Origin: an uncultured Clostridiaceae bacterium | GTDB lineage: Bacteria; Bacillota; Clostridia; Lachnospirales; Lachnospiraceae | Direction of reading: 5' to 3' | Assembly: GCA_949948825.1 (NCBI GenBank) | Contig: CATLIJ010000001.1 | Span: forward strand, 1-50,773 | Length of the DNA stretch: 50,773 nucleotides | Notes under the pieces: model-generated | What the model was told of the DNA's origin: nothing | What the model saw: only the letters and a program-made list of their open reading frames with translations | Databases searched by the model: none | Position numbers and translations under genes: made by a program | Shown: positions 20,106 through 30,186 of the stretch, piece after piece | Layout: each line of letters begins with the position of its first letter | How positions within the stretch are numbered: position 1 is the stretch's first letter

Positions 20106-21485
20106 ATGTATCAGATTGACTTTAGTAAACCGTTGACAGTTCATTTTATCGGTATTGGCGGCATCAGCATGAGCGGGCTGGCCAAAATCCTTTTACAGGA
20201 AAATTTCAGGGTCAGAGGATCAGATGCTCATGAGAGTCCTTTGACGGAACAATTAAGAGAGTGGGGAGCCGAGATTTTCTATGGCCAGAGGGCGGAAAAC
20301 ATAGAAGAGGGAATTGATGTGGCAGTATATACGGCTGCTGTTCACAAGGATAATCCCGAATATCAGGAGGTCCTTAGGCGGGGGATTCCCACCCTTACCA
20401 GGGCGGAGCTTTTGGGGCAGATGATGAAGAATTATCATCATGCGGTTGCCATTGCAGGGACCCATGGAAAAACCACCACCACCTCCATGCTCACAGAGAT
20501 TCTGCTGGCAGCCAACATGGACCCCACCATTTCCGTAGGGGGGATTCTTCCGTCTATTGGAGGCAATATCCGGGTGGGAGGGCAGGAATACTTTGTCACA
20601 GAGGCCTGTGAATACACCAACAGTTTTCTGTCGTTTTTCCCCACTATAGCAGTGATTCTAAATATTGAGGCAGATCATCTGGACTTTTTTAAAGACTTGG
20701 AGGATATACGTGCCTCCTTCCGGAAATTTGCAGAGCTGCTGCCAGAAGAGGGAGTGCTGATTCTGGATGGAAGCATTCCAAACCCGGAACAAATCACCGC
20801 CGGACTTTCCTGCAGGGTGGTGATGCTAAGCCATGAATCGGAGGGAGATTACGGGGCTGCTGATATTGAGTATGATGAGAAGGCCTGCCCCTCCTTTACA
20901 TTGATGAAAAAGGGTATTCCGTCCGGCAGAATCCATCTGTCTGTTCCAGGAGAGCATAATGTGTATAATGGTCTGGCTGCCATTGCGGCGGCAGAGGCAT
21001 TGGGAACCCCATGGGAAAAGATTTGTCCGGGACTGGAGGGTTTTAAGGGGACGGAGAGACGTTTTGAGAAAAAGGGAGTTGTGGGCGGTGTGACCATTGT
21101 GGATGATTATGCCCATCATCCCGGGGAGATTGGGGCAACCTTAAAAGCAGCCAGACATTTTCCACACAAAAAGCTGTGGTGTGTATTCCAGCCTCATACT
21201 TATTCCAGAACCAAGGCCTTGATGGATGATTTTGCCAGAGAGCTGGCAGCGGCAGACCAGGTAGTTCTTGCAGAGATTTATCCGGCCAGAGAGACTGACA
21301 CTTTAGGGGTCAGCTCTGCACAACTGGCAGAAAAAATTCAAAAAAACGGCACTCCGGCATGCTGCCTGCCTACTTTTGATGAAATTGAAATATTTATTTT
21401 AAAAAATTGTTCCCCAGGAGATTTGTTGATAACTATGGGGGCCGGAGACATTGTAAAAGTTGGGGAAAGGCTTCTTGGAAGGTAG
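20106..21485 (+). CDS. murC: UDP-N-acetylmuramate--L-alanine ligase
   Basis: HFIGIGGISMSGLA, AGTHGKTTT, DDYAHHP and FQPHTYSRT motifs. Confidence 0.97.
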   Translation: MYQIDFSKPLTVHFIGIGGISMSGLAKILLQENFRVRGSDAHESPLTEQLREWGAEIFYGQRAENIEEGIDVAVYTAAVHKDNPEYQEVLRRGIPTLTRAELLGQMMKNYHHAVAIAGTHGKTTTTSMLTEILLAANMDPTISVGGILPSIGGNIRVGGQEYFVTEACEYTNSFLSFFPTIAVILNIEADHLDFFKDLEDIRASFRKFAELLPEEGVLILDGSIPNPEQITAGLSCRVVMLSHESEGDYGAADIEYDEKACPSFTLMKKGIPSGRIHLSVPGEHNVYNGLAAIAAAEALGTPWEKICPGLEGFKGTERRFEKKGVVGGVTIVDDYAHHPGEIGATLKAARHFPHKKLWCVFQPHTYSRTKALMDDFARELAAADQVVLAEIYPARETDTLGVSSAQLAEKIQKNGTPACCLPTFDEIEIFILKNCSPGDLLITMGAGDIVKVGERLLGR

Positions 21486-21686
21486 TTATCCACATTATCC
21501 ACATAGTTTTCCACTTTTTTGGGGAAGAAACTATGTGGATTTTTTGCTTAACATAAGTCAGTGCTGATATAAGACAGGAAATCCAGAGAATACGCAGAAA
21601 ATGACCATATTCGACAGGTCCGGCCTCTGTCATCCACAAAAATTATCCACTTTATCCACATTATCCACAATTCATTTGGTGGATAA
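21486..21686. promoter_or_regulatory. DnaA-box cluster (about 9 boxes) with a central Spo0A box
   Basis: Perfect TTATCCACA at 21486, 21495, 21652, 21661; near matches at 21507, 21534 (rev), 21630, 21643, 21678 (rev); TTCGACA at 21610-21616. Confidence 0.9.
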
Positions 21687-21751
21687 GTACCCCTATTTTC
21701 TTTTGGAAAAGGATGTGATAAAATAGAAATCAATGGAGAGGATGGGAAGCG

Positions 21752-22789
21752 ATGGATATGATTTGCAGTTTTCGGATGGACGCCACAGTGGTGGCAAACA
21801 CATTTATTGACCAGTATATGACAGCTGCCAATGGAGAATATGTAAAGGTTTATCTGTATCTTTTGCGGCACCAGCAGGAGACCGTGGACATTGACCGGAT
21901 CGCTGACGCACTGAACCATACAGAAGCGGATGTGAGACGGGCTCTGGCTTACTGGGAGAAGCTGGGAATCCTGACAGCGGCAAAGAAGGAGACAGAACCA
22001 GCAGAACCGCAAAAGCAGGAAGAGGCTGTTTCAGAACAGCCGGCACAGGACAGCGGGGAAAAAAGGCTGTCCCGGACAGAACCAGAACCTCTGGCAAAGA
22101 AAGCGTCTGTTCAGAGAAGACCTGTATACAGTCAGGACCAGGTAAATAAGCTGGCGGAGGATGAGGACTTTACCCAGCTTCTTTACATCGCTCAAAAATA
22201 TATGGACAAGGTTTTTACCTCCAGGGAGTGTGAGGTGTTTGCCTATCTTTATGATGGCCTTCACATGCCTGCAGAGCTTTTGGAGTATCTGGTGGAGTAT
22301 TGTGTCCAAAGCGGGCATACCAGCATTCGTTATATTGAAACCGTTGGATTAAACTGGCGTGAGAAGGGCTTTGGCACTGTGGAGCAGGCCAGAGCATATG
22401 CCAGCGGCTTTTCGAAAAATACTTTTGCAGTCATGCGCTGCTTTGGGCTGACAGACAGGAATCCGGGGGATGCAGAAAAGCAGATGATCGAGAGGTGGTT
22501 TTCCTCCTATGGCTTTTCCAGGGAGGTGGTGCTGGAGGCGTGCAACCGGACGATGGAGGCCACCCACACCCCCAGCTTCCGATATGCGGACAAGATCCTG
22601 ACTGAATGGAAAAAGGCCGGAGTGAAGACCATGAGAGATGTGGCGCTTCTGGATGAAAAGCATCAGGGAAAAAAGAAAACCCGGACAGAGAAAAAGCCTT
22701 CGAACCAGTTCCACAATTTTGAGCAGCGAAGCACAGATTATGACGCCATGGTGTTAGACCAGGTGAAATCCTGGATTGGACAGGCATAG
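21752..22789 (+). CDS. dnaD: DnaD/DnaB-domain replication protein
   Basis: N.FID.YM..A.GEYVKVYLY; two DnaB_2 repeats (YIETVGLNW, YADKILTEW); NFEQR tail. Confidence 0.85.
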   Translation: MDMICSFRMDATVVANTFIDQYMTAANGEYVKVYLYLLRHQQETVDIDRIADALNHTEADVRRALAYWEKLGILTAAKKETEPAEPQKQEEAVSEQPAQDSGEKRLSRTEPEPLAKKASVQRRPVYSQDQVNKLAEDEDFTQLLYIAQKYMDKVFTSRECEVFAYLYDGLHMPAELLEYLVEYCVQSGHTSIRYIETVGLNWREKGFGTVEQARAYASGFSKNTFAVMRCFGLTDRNPGDAEKQMIERWFSSYGFSREVVLEACNRTMEATHTPSFRYADKILTEWKKAGVKTMRDVALLDEKHQGKKKTRTEKKPSNQFHNFEQRSTDYDAMVLDQVKSWIGQA

Positions 22790-22891
22790 GGATGTCTGCA
22801 GGGCAGGGGATATTGCCGGCCAGTCAGGGCTGTACTGGCACAGCGCTGCATTCGGGAGAGAAGAGGGCTTGCATTGAGAAAGGGATAATGT

Positions 22892-23890
22892 ATGGGACTG
22901 AACAATTCTCAGTATAACCAGGTTATGAGAGAGTATGAGCAGCAGCAGCTGAAGAACCGGTATGAGCAGCAGCGCAGGGTGGAAGAGGTGTATGCCCGCG
23001 TGCCGCAGATTGGCGCTTTGGATGAGGAGATCCGGAGCCAGGGCGCCAGAAGCGCCCGGATGGCCTTAAAGGGAGATACAGAGGCAGGGAGACGGTTCCG
23101 GGAGAATCTGGCAGATCTCCGGGAACAGAAACAGGTGCTTTTAGCGGCAGCCGGCTATCCGCCGGATTATATGGACATGCATTACCAGTGTCCGGCCTGT
23201 AAGGATACCGGATATGAGAACGGCAGACGGTGCCGCTGCTTTGAGCAGGCAAGAACCCGGATTCTGTATGCCCAGTCCAATATCCGGCAGGTTCTGGAAC
23301 GGGAGAATTTTGACACCCTTTCCTACAGCTGGTATGACGGGGAAAGAAGGCTGGAGCGGCTTGGCATGACCGAGCTGGATTACATGAAAATGGTGGTGGC
23401 AAAATGCAGGGAGTTTGCAGCAGGATTTCCGGAGAAGGGAAGAAACCTTTTGTTTACCGGAAGTACCGGCGTGGGAAAGACCTTTCTGACCAACTGTATT
23501 GCAAAGGCGCTGATTGACCGGTATATATCCGTGATTTATCTTACCTCTCAGGATTTGTTTGAGCTTTTGTCCCGGTATAAATTCGGCAGAGACTTGCAGG
23601 AAGATACTGAGGAGGCGTGCCGCCATATTCTGGAATGTGAGATGCTGATTATTGATGATCTGGGAACAGAGGTGAATAATACCTTTGTGTCCTCCCAGCT
23701 GTTTTACTGCATCAATGAGCGGATTCTCCGTGAAAAGGGGACAATCATTTCCACGAATCTTTCTGTGGGAGTTTTGCAGGACACTTATTCGGACCGGGTG
23801 ACATCCCGGATTATGAGCCATTATGCTGCCATTCCTTTATATGGGGAGGATATCCGGGTGAAAAAGAAAAACTTCCGAGGATTAACTTGA
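22892..23890 (+). CDS. DnaC/DnaI-like helicase-loader ATPase
   Basis: CPACKDTG..CRC Zn motif; GSTGVGKT Walker A; LIIDDLG Walker B; TIISTN; RVTSRI. Confidence 0.85.
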   Translation: MGLNNSQYNQVMREYEQQQLKNRYEQQRRVEEVYARVPQIGALDEEIRSQGARSARMALKGDTEAGRRFRENLADLREQKQVLLAAAGYPPDYMDMHYQCPACKDTGYENGRRCRCFEQARTRILYAQSNIRQVLERENFDTLSYSWYDGERRLERLGMTELDYMKMVVAKCREFAAGFPEKGRNLLFTGSTGVGKTFLTNCIAKALIDRYISVIYLTSQDLFELLSRYKFGRDLQEDTEEACRHILECEMLIIDDLGTEVNNTFVSSQLFYCINERILREKGTIISTNLSVGVLQDTYSDRVTSRIMSHYAAIPLYGEDIRVKKKNFRGLT

Positions 23891-23961
23891 CTTGCATGAA
23901 GCATAATGATATAAAAGAATCATTGTCATACACCAACACAACCAGAGGATGGAGGAAGAAC

Positions 23962-25140
23962 ATGATATACGAAGAAAAGACAATTGAGACCATTCCCGTA
24001 GGACCGCTGGGGCTGATTCCCTTACAAAGCTGTGCCGAGCTGGGGGCAAAAGTGAATAACTGGCTGATTGGATGGAGAAAAGAGCGGGAGAGTGAGCACA
24101 AGTCCACCATCGCCTTTGCAGGCTATCAGAGAGATTCTTATATTGTGGAGGCCCGGACACCCCGTTTTGGCTCTGGCGAGGGCAAAGGGACCATAGAAGA
24201 GTCAGTGCGGGGAGATGATCTGTATATTATGGTGGATGTATGCAATTACAATCTGACCTATTCCCTGTGTGGCATGACAAACCGGATGTCCCCGGATGAC
24301 CATTTTCAGGATTTGAAGCGGGTGATTGCAGCCGCTGCGGGGAAGGCCCGCCGGATCAATGTGATTATGCCATTTTTGTACGAAAGCCGCCAGCACCGCC
24401 GTTCCGGAAGAGAATCCCTGGATTGCGCCCTGGCTCTCCAGGAGCTGACGAATATGGGAGTGGAGAACATCATTACTTTTGATGCCCATGACCCCCGGGT
24501 GCAGAATGCAATTCCCCTGAAAGGCTTTGAGACGGTTCAGCCCATTTACCAGTTTATTAAGTATCTGCTTCAGGTGGAGACAGAGCTGGACATTGACAGT
24601 GATCACATGATGGTGATTAGTCCGGACGAAGGCGGGATGAGCCGCGCAGTGTATTTTGCCAATGTGCTGGGGCTGGATATGGGAATGTTTTACAAGCGGC
24701 GGGATTACACCCGCATTGTGAACGGACGGAATCCCATTGTGGCCCACGAGTTTTTGGGAACCAGTGTGGAGGGGAAGGATGTGCTGATTATTGACGACAT
24801 GATTTCCTCAGGAGAGAGCATGCTGGATGTGGCTAAGGAGCTGAAACGGCGGAAGGCGAGAAAAGTGTTTGTGTGTGCCACCTTTGGATTATTTACCAAT
24901 GGTCTGGCCAAATTTGATGAATATTATGCCAATGGCCTTATTGACCGGATTCTGACTACCAACCTGGTGTACCAGAGTCCTGAGCTTTTGTCCCGTCCCT
25001 ATTATGTAAATGTAGATATGAGCAAATATGTTGCCCTGATTATTGATAATCTGAACCACGACGACTCTTTAAGCGATCTGCTGAACCCGGCAAGGCGGAT
25101 TCATAAGCTGCTGGACCGGTATGCGGAAAGCAGAAAGTGA
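23962..25140 (+). CDS. prs: Ribose-phosphate pyrophosphokinase
   Basis: FGSGE, PFLYESRQ, SPDEGG and IIDDMISSG motifs. Confidence 0.93.
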   Translation: MIYEEKTIETIPVGPLGLIPLQSCAELGAKVNNWLIGWRKERESEHKSTIAFAGYQRDSYIVEARTPRFGSGEGKGTIEESVRGDDLYIMVDVCNYNLTYSLCGMTNRMSPDDHFQDLKRVIAAAAGKARRINVIMPFLYESRQHRRSGRESLDCALALQELTNMGVENIITFDAHDPRVQNAIPLKGFETVQPIYQFIKYLLQVETELDIDSDHMMVISPDEGGMSRAVYFANVLGLDMGMFYKRRDYTRIVNGRNPIVAHEFLGTSVEGKDVLIIDDMISSGESMLDVAKELKRRKARKVFVCATFGLFTNGLAKFDEYYANGLIDRILTTNLVYQSPELLSRPYYVNVDMSKYVALIIDNLNHDDSLSDLLNPARRIHKLLDRYAESRK

Positions 25141-25164
25141 CAGAACAGAACCGAGGATAGAGAG

Positions 25165-25779
25165 ATGAGTGAGGATAGAAACTATGAAGAACTGACAGAG
25201 GAAGAGCGGGGAGAGGGTCCCGGGCAGGATGGTTGGAAGATTCCCAAAAAGCCTAAGCTTGACTGGAAGAGGGAACTGTGGGAATGGGTAAAGATCATTG
25301 TGTCAGCGGCAGTCATTGCTCTGGTGCTGAATACGTTTATCATTGCCAATAGCCAGGTTCCCAGCGGTTCCATGGAAAACACCATTATGACAGGGGATCG
25401 GGTGATTGGCTTCCGTCTGTCCTATCTGTTTCAGGAGCCGGAGCGGGGGGATGTGGTGATTTTTCGTTTTCCGGATGACGAAAAGATTTATTATGTAAAG
25501 CGGATTATCGGCCTTCCGGGAGATACTGTGGATATTTATGAAGGGCATGTGTATCTGAATGGTTCGGATACTCCCCTGGAAGAGCCTTATGTGCGGGAGC
25601 CGATGATTCCGGAGAGGCCGATGCACTTTGAAGTGCCGGAGAACAGCTATTTTATGCTGGGAGATAACCGGAATTATTCAAAGGATGCCCGTGTGTGGCA
25701 GAATACTTATGTGAAGAAAAATAAGCTAGTGGCAAAGGTATTGTTCCGGTATTATCCAATACCGGGTAAGATTAAATGA
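25165..25779 (+). CDS. lepB: Signal peptidase I
   Basis: VPSGSMENT, YVKRIIGLPGD and LGDNRNYSKDAR motifs. Confidence 0.95.
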   Translation: MSEDRNYEELTEEERGEGPGQDGWKIPKKPKLDWKRELWEWVKIIVSAAVIALVLNTFIIANSQVPSGSMENTIMTGDRVIGFRLSYLFQEPERGDVVIFRFPDDEKIYYVKRIIGLPGDTVDIYEGHVYLNGSDTPLEEPYVREPMIPERPMHFEVPENSYFMLGDNRNYSKDARVWQNTYVKKNKLVAKVLFRYYPIPGKIK

Positions 25780-25816
25780 TTCAAGGTTCCGGATAACAGG
25801 AAAATGCTTGTACAGG

Positions 25817-25848
25817 AAAAGGCGGCTAAAAAAATGAGTCGCCTTTTG
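25817..25848 (+). terminator. Intrinsic terminator
   Basis: AAAAGGCGGCT...AGTCGCCTTTT. Confidence 0.7.
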
Positions 25849-25937
25849 TCGTTTTAAAATTGCCTTTTAGAAGATAGTATGCTATATTGAAAAGTAGTTA
25901 AAAATCAGTAAAAGCCGGATAGAAAGGATAAAACAGG

Positions 25938-26861
25938 ATGAAAAATACGACATTAGTGATTATGGCCGCAGGCCTTGGAAGCCGGTTTGGCAGTGGAATT
26001 AAGCAGCTGGAACCGGTTGGCCCAAACGGCGAGATTATTATGGACTATTCCATCCATGACGGGCTGGAAGCAGGCTTCAATAAGGTGGTGTTTATCATCC
26101 GCAAAGATTTGGAAGCAGTTTTTAAGCAGAAGGTCGGCAGGCGGGTTGAGAACGTGACAAAGGTAGAGTATGCTTTCCAGGAGCTTTCGGCATTGCCAGA
26201 GGGGTATACAGTGCCAGCGGGCAGGACAAAGCCATGGGGCACCGGACAGGCAGTACTCTCTGTAAAAGGGCTGGTTCATGAGCCTTTTGTGGTGATCAAT
26301 GCAGATGATTATTATGGAAAAGAGGCTTTTCGTAAAATCCATGATTACATGGTGCAGGAGATGGATACAGAGGCAGCTGTGCATGATCTGTGTATGGCAG
26401 GGTTTATTCTGTCCAACACATTAAGCGAGAACGGCACTGTCACCCGCGGAGTCTGCAGGCTGAATGAGGACAGAACCTTAAAGCAGGTGAAGGAGACGTA
26501 TGAGATTGAACAGAAGGGGGAGGAGATTGCAGCCTGTGATGAGGAGGGAAACCCGGTTTCGGTGGCTCCGGACCAGCAGGTGTCCATGAATATGTGGGGA
26601 CTTCCGCCAGCGTTTCTGGAAGAGCTGGAACGTGGATTTCCGGTATTTTTAGACAATATGGGGGGGAATTTAAAAGCAGAGTATTTGCTGCCGAAATTTA
26701 TTGATGAACTGATCCAGAAGGGAAAAGCTAAGGTGAAGGTGCTGGAGACCAGAGATAAGTGGTTTGGGGTTACTTATCAGGAGGACAAGGCCGCAGTGAC
26801 AGCTGCTATTCGGGATTTGGTGGAAAAGGGTGTATATCAGGAGAATCTGTATAAAGGATAA
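25938..26861 (+). CDS. Sugar-phosphate nucleotidyltransferase
   Basis: MAAGLGSRFG, RTKPWGTG, INADDYYG and WFGVTY motifs. Confidence 0.9.
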   Translation: MKNTTLVIMAAGLGSRFGSGIKQLEPVGPNGEIIMDYSIHDGLEAGFNKVVFIIRKDLEAVFKQKVGRRVENVTKVEYAFQELSALPEGYTVPAGRTKPWGTGQAVLSVKGLVHEPFVVINADDYYGKEAFRKIHDYMVQEMDTEAAVHDLCMAGFILSNTLSENGTVTRGVCRLNEDRTLKQVKETYEIEQKGEEIAACDEEGNPVSVAPDQQVSMNMWGLPPAFLEELERGFPVFLDNMGGNLKAEYLLPKFIDELIQKGKAKVKVLETRDKWFGVTYQEDKAAVTAAIRDLVEKGVYQENLYKG

Positions 26862-26936
26862 TGGAAGAAGGTTGACTGGCGGAAGGCTGCCATTTGGGTA
26901 TCCCTATGGCAGCAGAGGAAGAAAGGTGGCTGGAGA

Positions 26937-28841
26937 ATGCGGCAGTATAGGATTGACAACAAGGACAGGAAAGCATATCCATTAGGGCTTACACATGTAG
27001 ACGGGGGAATCCATGTCTCTGTGACAGCAGAGGCAAAGAATTGTAATTTTGTGCTGTTTGGCACATCGCCAGAGGCGGAGCCGATTCGTATTCCGTTTCC
27101 GGAGGAGAGAAGAGTTGGAAACGTATGGGAGATGACCTTATTGGGAAAAGGGCTGGAGCGCTATGAATATGCTTTTGAGGCAGACGGAACCCTTTTTTCA
27201 GATCCATACGGACATACGTTTACAGGGCAGGAGGAATGGGGGAACCTGGAGCAGGCTCATAGAGTGCTGCACAGTCCGGTCCGCGAGGAGGAATTTGACT
27301 GGGAAGGAGACCAGCCCCTGGGGTTGTCCTATGAAGAATGTATTGTGTACCGCATTCATGTGCGGGGATTTACCAGACATTCCTCCTCAGGAGTGAAAAA
27401 TAAAGGAACATTCCGGGGGATTGTGGAAAAGATTCCTTATATGAAGGAACTGGGGATTACAACTTTGGAGATTATGCCTGCGGCTGAGTTTTCCGAGATT
27501 CTTATGGCCTCCAGTCCAGGCAGCCCTGCCGGAACAGAAAAGCCCACAGGCAGGCTGAATTACTGGGGATATGGGCCAGCCTTTAACGGTGCGCCGAAGG
27601 CATCCTATGCCGGCAGGCGGAGAAGGCCGGACACAGAGCTTAAAAATCTGGTAAAGGAGCTGCACCAGGCAGGCATTGAGCTGGTGGTGGAGCTGTTTTT
27701 TACCGGAAAGGAGCCGCCGGTATTTGTTCTGGATATGGCGCGGCGGTGGGTGCGGGAATACCATGTGGATGGCATTCATCTTGCCGGGAATGTTTCTGCT
27801 GGTTTGCTGGCGTCTGACCCTTATCTGGCCAATACCAAGCTGTGGGCAGTTTCCTGGGACGGAGTCGGGGGAAAGCCGGGAGGAAGACGCTGCCTGGGAG
27901 AATATAATGATGGTTTTATGATTGATATGCGCCGGGTGCTGAAGGGAGACGAAGGGCAGATGAATGCTCTGGCATACCGCAGCAGAAGAAATCCGGCAAA
28001 TTATGGGGTGATTCATTATCTGGCCAATACCAATGGCTATACTTTCATGGACATGGTATGCTATGAGCAGAAGCACAATGAAGGAAATGGTGAGAACAAT
28101 CAGGATGGAAGTGATTATAATTACACCTGGAACTGCGGTGTGGAGGGTCCGGTCCGGAAGAAAAAGGTGCTGGAGCTTCGGAGACAGCAGCTTCGCAATG
28201 GGCTGCTCCTGCTGTTTTTAAGCCAGGGTACGCCCCTTCTCATGGCAGGGGATGAGTTTGGCAATTCTCAGAATGGCAATAATAACGCTTACTGTCAGGA
28301 CAATCCCATATCCTGGCTTAACTGGAACCAGAAAAGGACCAATGGAGACCTGCTTGATTTTGTGAAGGCAGCTATCCGGTTCCGCAAAAGCCATTCTGTG
28401 TTCTGCCAAAGTGCAGAGCCAAGAATGATGGATTATCAAAGCTGTGGATTTCCGGATGTATCCTATCATGGAACAAAAGCCTGGTTTCCGGAGTTTGACC
28501 ACTTTCGGAGGCAGCTGGGAATCCTGTACTGCGGTGATTATGGAAGAAAGCCGGATGGTACGGCAGATGATTACTTTTTTGCAGCATACAATATGCACTG
28601 GGAGCCTCATGAGTTTGCTCTTCCCCACCTGCCTAAGGGAATGCGCTGGCATGTAGCCTTTGATACAGGAGATGGGGCTCATAATGGATATTTTGAACCA
28701 GGGCAGGAGCCTGTGATTCAGAATCAGAAGCAGAAAATGGTTCCGGCGCGGACTATTCTGGTATTAATTGGAAAAAAGCCGGAGATCCAGGAAGCAAAGA
28801 CAGAAAAGGAGAGTCAGGAGGAGTATGGACAGATTTCATGA
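26937..28841 (+). CDS. GlgX/isoamylase-like GH13 protein, catalytic motifs degenerate
   Basis: YPLG, HVRGFT, NYWGY, KHN..NGENN.DG, WNCG.EG and GDEF.NSQ.GNNNAYCQDN motifs. Confidence 0.85.
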   Translation: MRQYRIDNKDRKAYPLGLTHVDGGIHVSVTAEAKNCNFVLFGTSPEAEPIRIPFPEERRVGNVWEMTLLGKGLERYEYAFEADGTLFSDPYGHTFTGQEEWGNLEQAHRVLHSPVREEEFDWEGDQPLGLSYEECIVYRIHVRGFTRHSSSGVKNKGTFRGIVEKIPYMKELGITTLEIMPAAEFSEILMASSPGSPAGTEKPTGRLNYWGYGPAFNGAPKASYAGRRRRPDTELKNLVKELHQAGIELVVELFFTGKEPPVFVLDMARRWVREYHVDGIHLAGNVSAGLLASDPYLANTKLWAVSWDGVGGKPGGRRCLGEYNDGFMIDMRRVLKGDEGQMNALAYRSRRNPANYGVIHYLANTNGYTFMDMVCYEQKHNEGNGENNQDGSDYNYTWNCGVEGPVRKKKVLELRRQQLRNGLLLLFLSQGTPLLMAGDEFGNSQNGNNNAYCQDNPISWLNWNQKRTNGDLLDFVKAAIRFRKSHSVFCQSAEPRMMDYQSCGFPDVSYHGTKAWFPEFDHFRRQLGILYCGDYGRKPDGTADDYFFAAYNMHWEPHEFALPHLPKGMRWHVAFDTGDGAHNGYFEPGQEPVIQNQKQKMVPARTILVLIGKKPEIQEAKTEKESQEEYGQIS

Positions 28842-29205
28842 GCTTCTTTCCGTGGTGGAGACATTAAGATCAGAGAAGGGCTGTCCCTGGGACCGGAAGC
28901 AGACCTTTGAGAGTCTGAAATCCTGTCTTTGCGAGGAGACGGAGGAGGTTATTGAGGCCATTGGCCGTCAGGATATGGAAAACCTTTGTGAGGAGCTGGG
29001 AGATCTGCTTTTTCTCATTGTCATGTACAGCCAGATTGCCAGAGAGCAGGGAGTTTTTTCCATTGAGGATGTGGCGGAGGGGGCATGCAGGAAGATGGTT
29101 CGCCGCCATCCTCATGTGTTTGGCAACCCCAGGGATTTATCACCAGAAGAAAGCCTGAATTTATGGAATGAGATTAAAAAACAGGAAAAAGATAAAAAAC
29201 CTTGA
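28825..29205 (+). CDS. mazG: MazG nucleotide pyrophosphohydrolase, single domain
   Basis: GCPWDRKQT, EELGDLL and RRHPHVF motifs. Confidence 0.9.
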   Translation: MDRFHELLSVVETLRSEKGCPWDRKQTFESLKSCLCEETEEVIEAIGRQDMENLCEELGDLLFLIVMYSQIAREQGVFSIEDVAEGACRKMVRRHPHVFGNPRDLSPEESLNLWNEIKKQEKDKKP

Positions 29206-29297
29206 CAAACAGAAGCAAAACAGATATAAATTGTAGAGTACACTATTCAAGGTAGCAGCGAAAGCGATACCGAATGATTTTTAGGAGGAAATAATCA

Positions 29298-29573
29298 ATG
29301 AATAAGACGGAATTAGTAGCAGCGATTGCAGAACAGGCAGAGATTTCCAAAAAGGATGCAGAAGCAGCGCTGAAGGCATTTGCGGACGTGGTGTCTGAAG
29401 CGTTAAAGAATGGTGATAAAGTGCAGTTGGTAGGGTTTGGTACTTTTGAGGTGTCTGAGCGGGCCGCAAGAGAAGGAAGAAATCCGCGGACAAAAGAGAT
29501 TATCCCCATCAAGGCCTGCAAGAGTCCCAAGTTCAAACCAGGAAAGGCATTGAAGGACATTGTAAACGGATAA
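29298..29573 (+). CDS. hup: DNA-binding protein HU
   Basis: MNKTELV...GFGTF...GRNP...PKFKPGK. Confidence 0.97.
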   Translation: MNKTELVAAIAEQAEISKKDAEAALKAFADVVSEALKNGDKVQLVGFGTFEVSERAAREGRNPRTKEIIPIKACKSPKFKPGKALKDIVNG

Positions 29574-29576
29574 TGT

Positions 29577-29816
29577 ATGAGATTAGATAAATATTTGAAG
29601 ATATCCCGTCTGATTAAGCGGCGGACTGTGGCCAATGAGGCCTGCGACGCCGGACGGGTTTTGGTGAATGGAAAGCCGGCCAAGGCGTCGGTGAATATTA
29701 AGGTCGGAGATGAGATTGAGATACAGTTTGGAACCAGCTCGGTAAAGGTAGAAGTGCTGGATGTTCAGGAGACAGTTCGGAAGGAAGAAGCAAAGGAGCT
29801 GTATCGGTATTTGTAA
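29577..29816 (+). CDS. yabO: S4-domain RNA-binding protein YabO/RqcP
   Basis: MRLDKYLK.SRLIKRRTVANEAC; synteny. Confidence 0.93.
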   Translation: MRLDKYLKISRLIKRRTVANEACDAGRVLVNGKPAKASVNIKVGDEIEIQFGTSSVKVEVLDVQETVRKEEAKELYRYL

Positions 29817-29820
29817 AATC

Positions 29821-29850
29821 GTCATAAGCAGGGAAACCTCCTCATATACT
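29821..29850 (+). promoter_or_regulatory. Sigma-E-type promoter of yabPQ
   Basis: gtcATA-16 bp-CATATACT; yabPQ is sigma-E controlled in B. subtilis. Confidence 0.6.
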
Positions 29851-29885
29851 GAAACCAGGTGTTTCGTATAGCAGGAGGTTTTTGT

Positions 29886-30170
29886 ATGGAGGAAAAATCG
29901 GGAAACCGTCCCCACACCTGTTTTTTGCAGAACCGTGCTGCAGTGAATCTGACAGGAGTGCGGGAGGTAGTGTCGTTTGATGAGAACCAGGTAGTTATGG
30001 ATACAGATCTGGGGCTTTTGACATTAAAGGGAAAAGATCTGCACGTCAGCCGTCTTTCGGTGGAAAAAGGGGAGGTAGATGTATCCGGGACTGTGGACAG
30101 CATGGCCTATTCCTCCAATGAGGCTTACCGAAAAGCAGGGCAGTCATTTTTTGTTCGGCTGTTTAAATGA
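29886..30170 (+). CDS. yabP: Sporulation protein YabP
   Basis: TGV.EV.SFDE..V...T..G.L..KG..LH; synteny. Confidence 0.92.
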   Translation: MEEKSGNRPHTCFLQNRAAVNLTGVREVVSFDENQVVMDTDLGLLTLKGKDLHVSRLSVEKGEVDVSGTVDSMAYSSNEAYRKAGQSFFVRLFK

Positions 30171-30186
30171 GGAAAGGGGCATAGAG

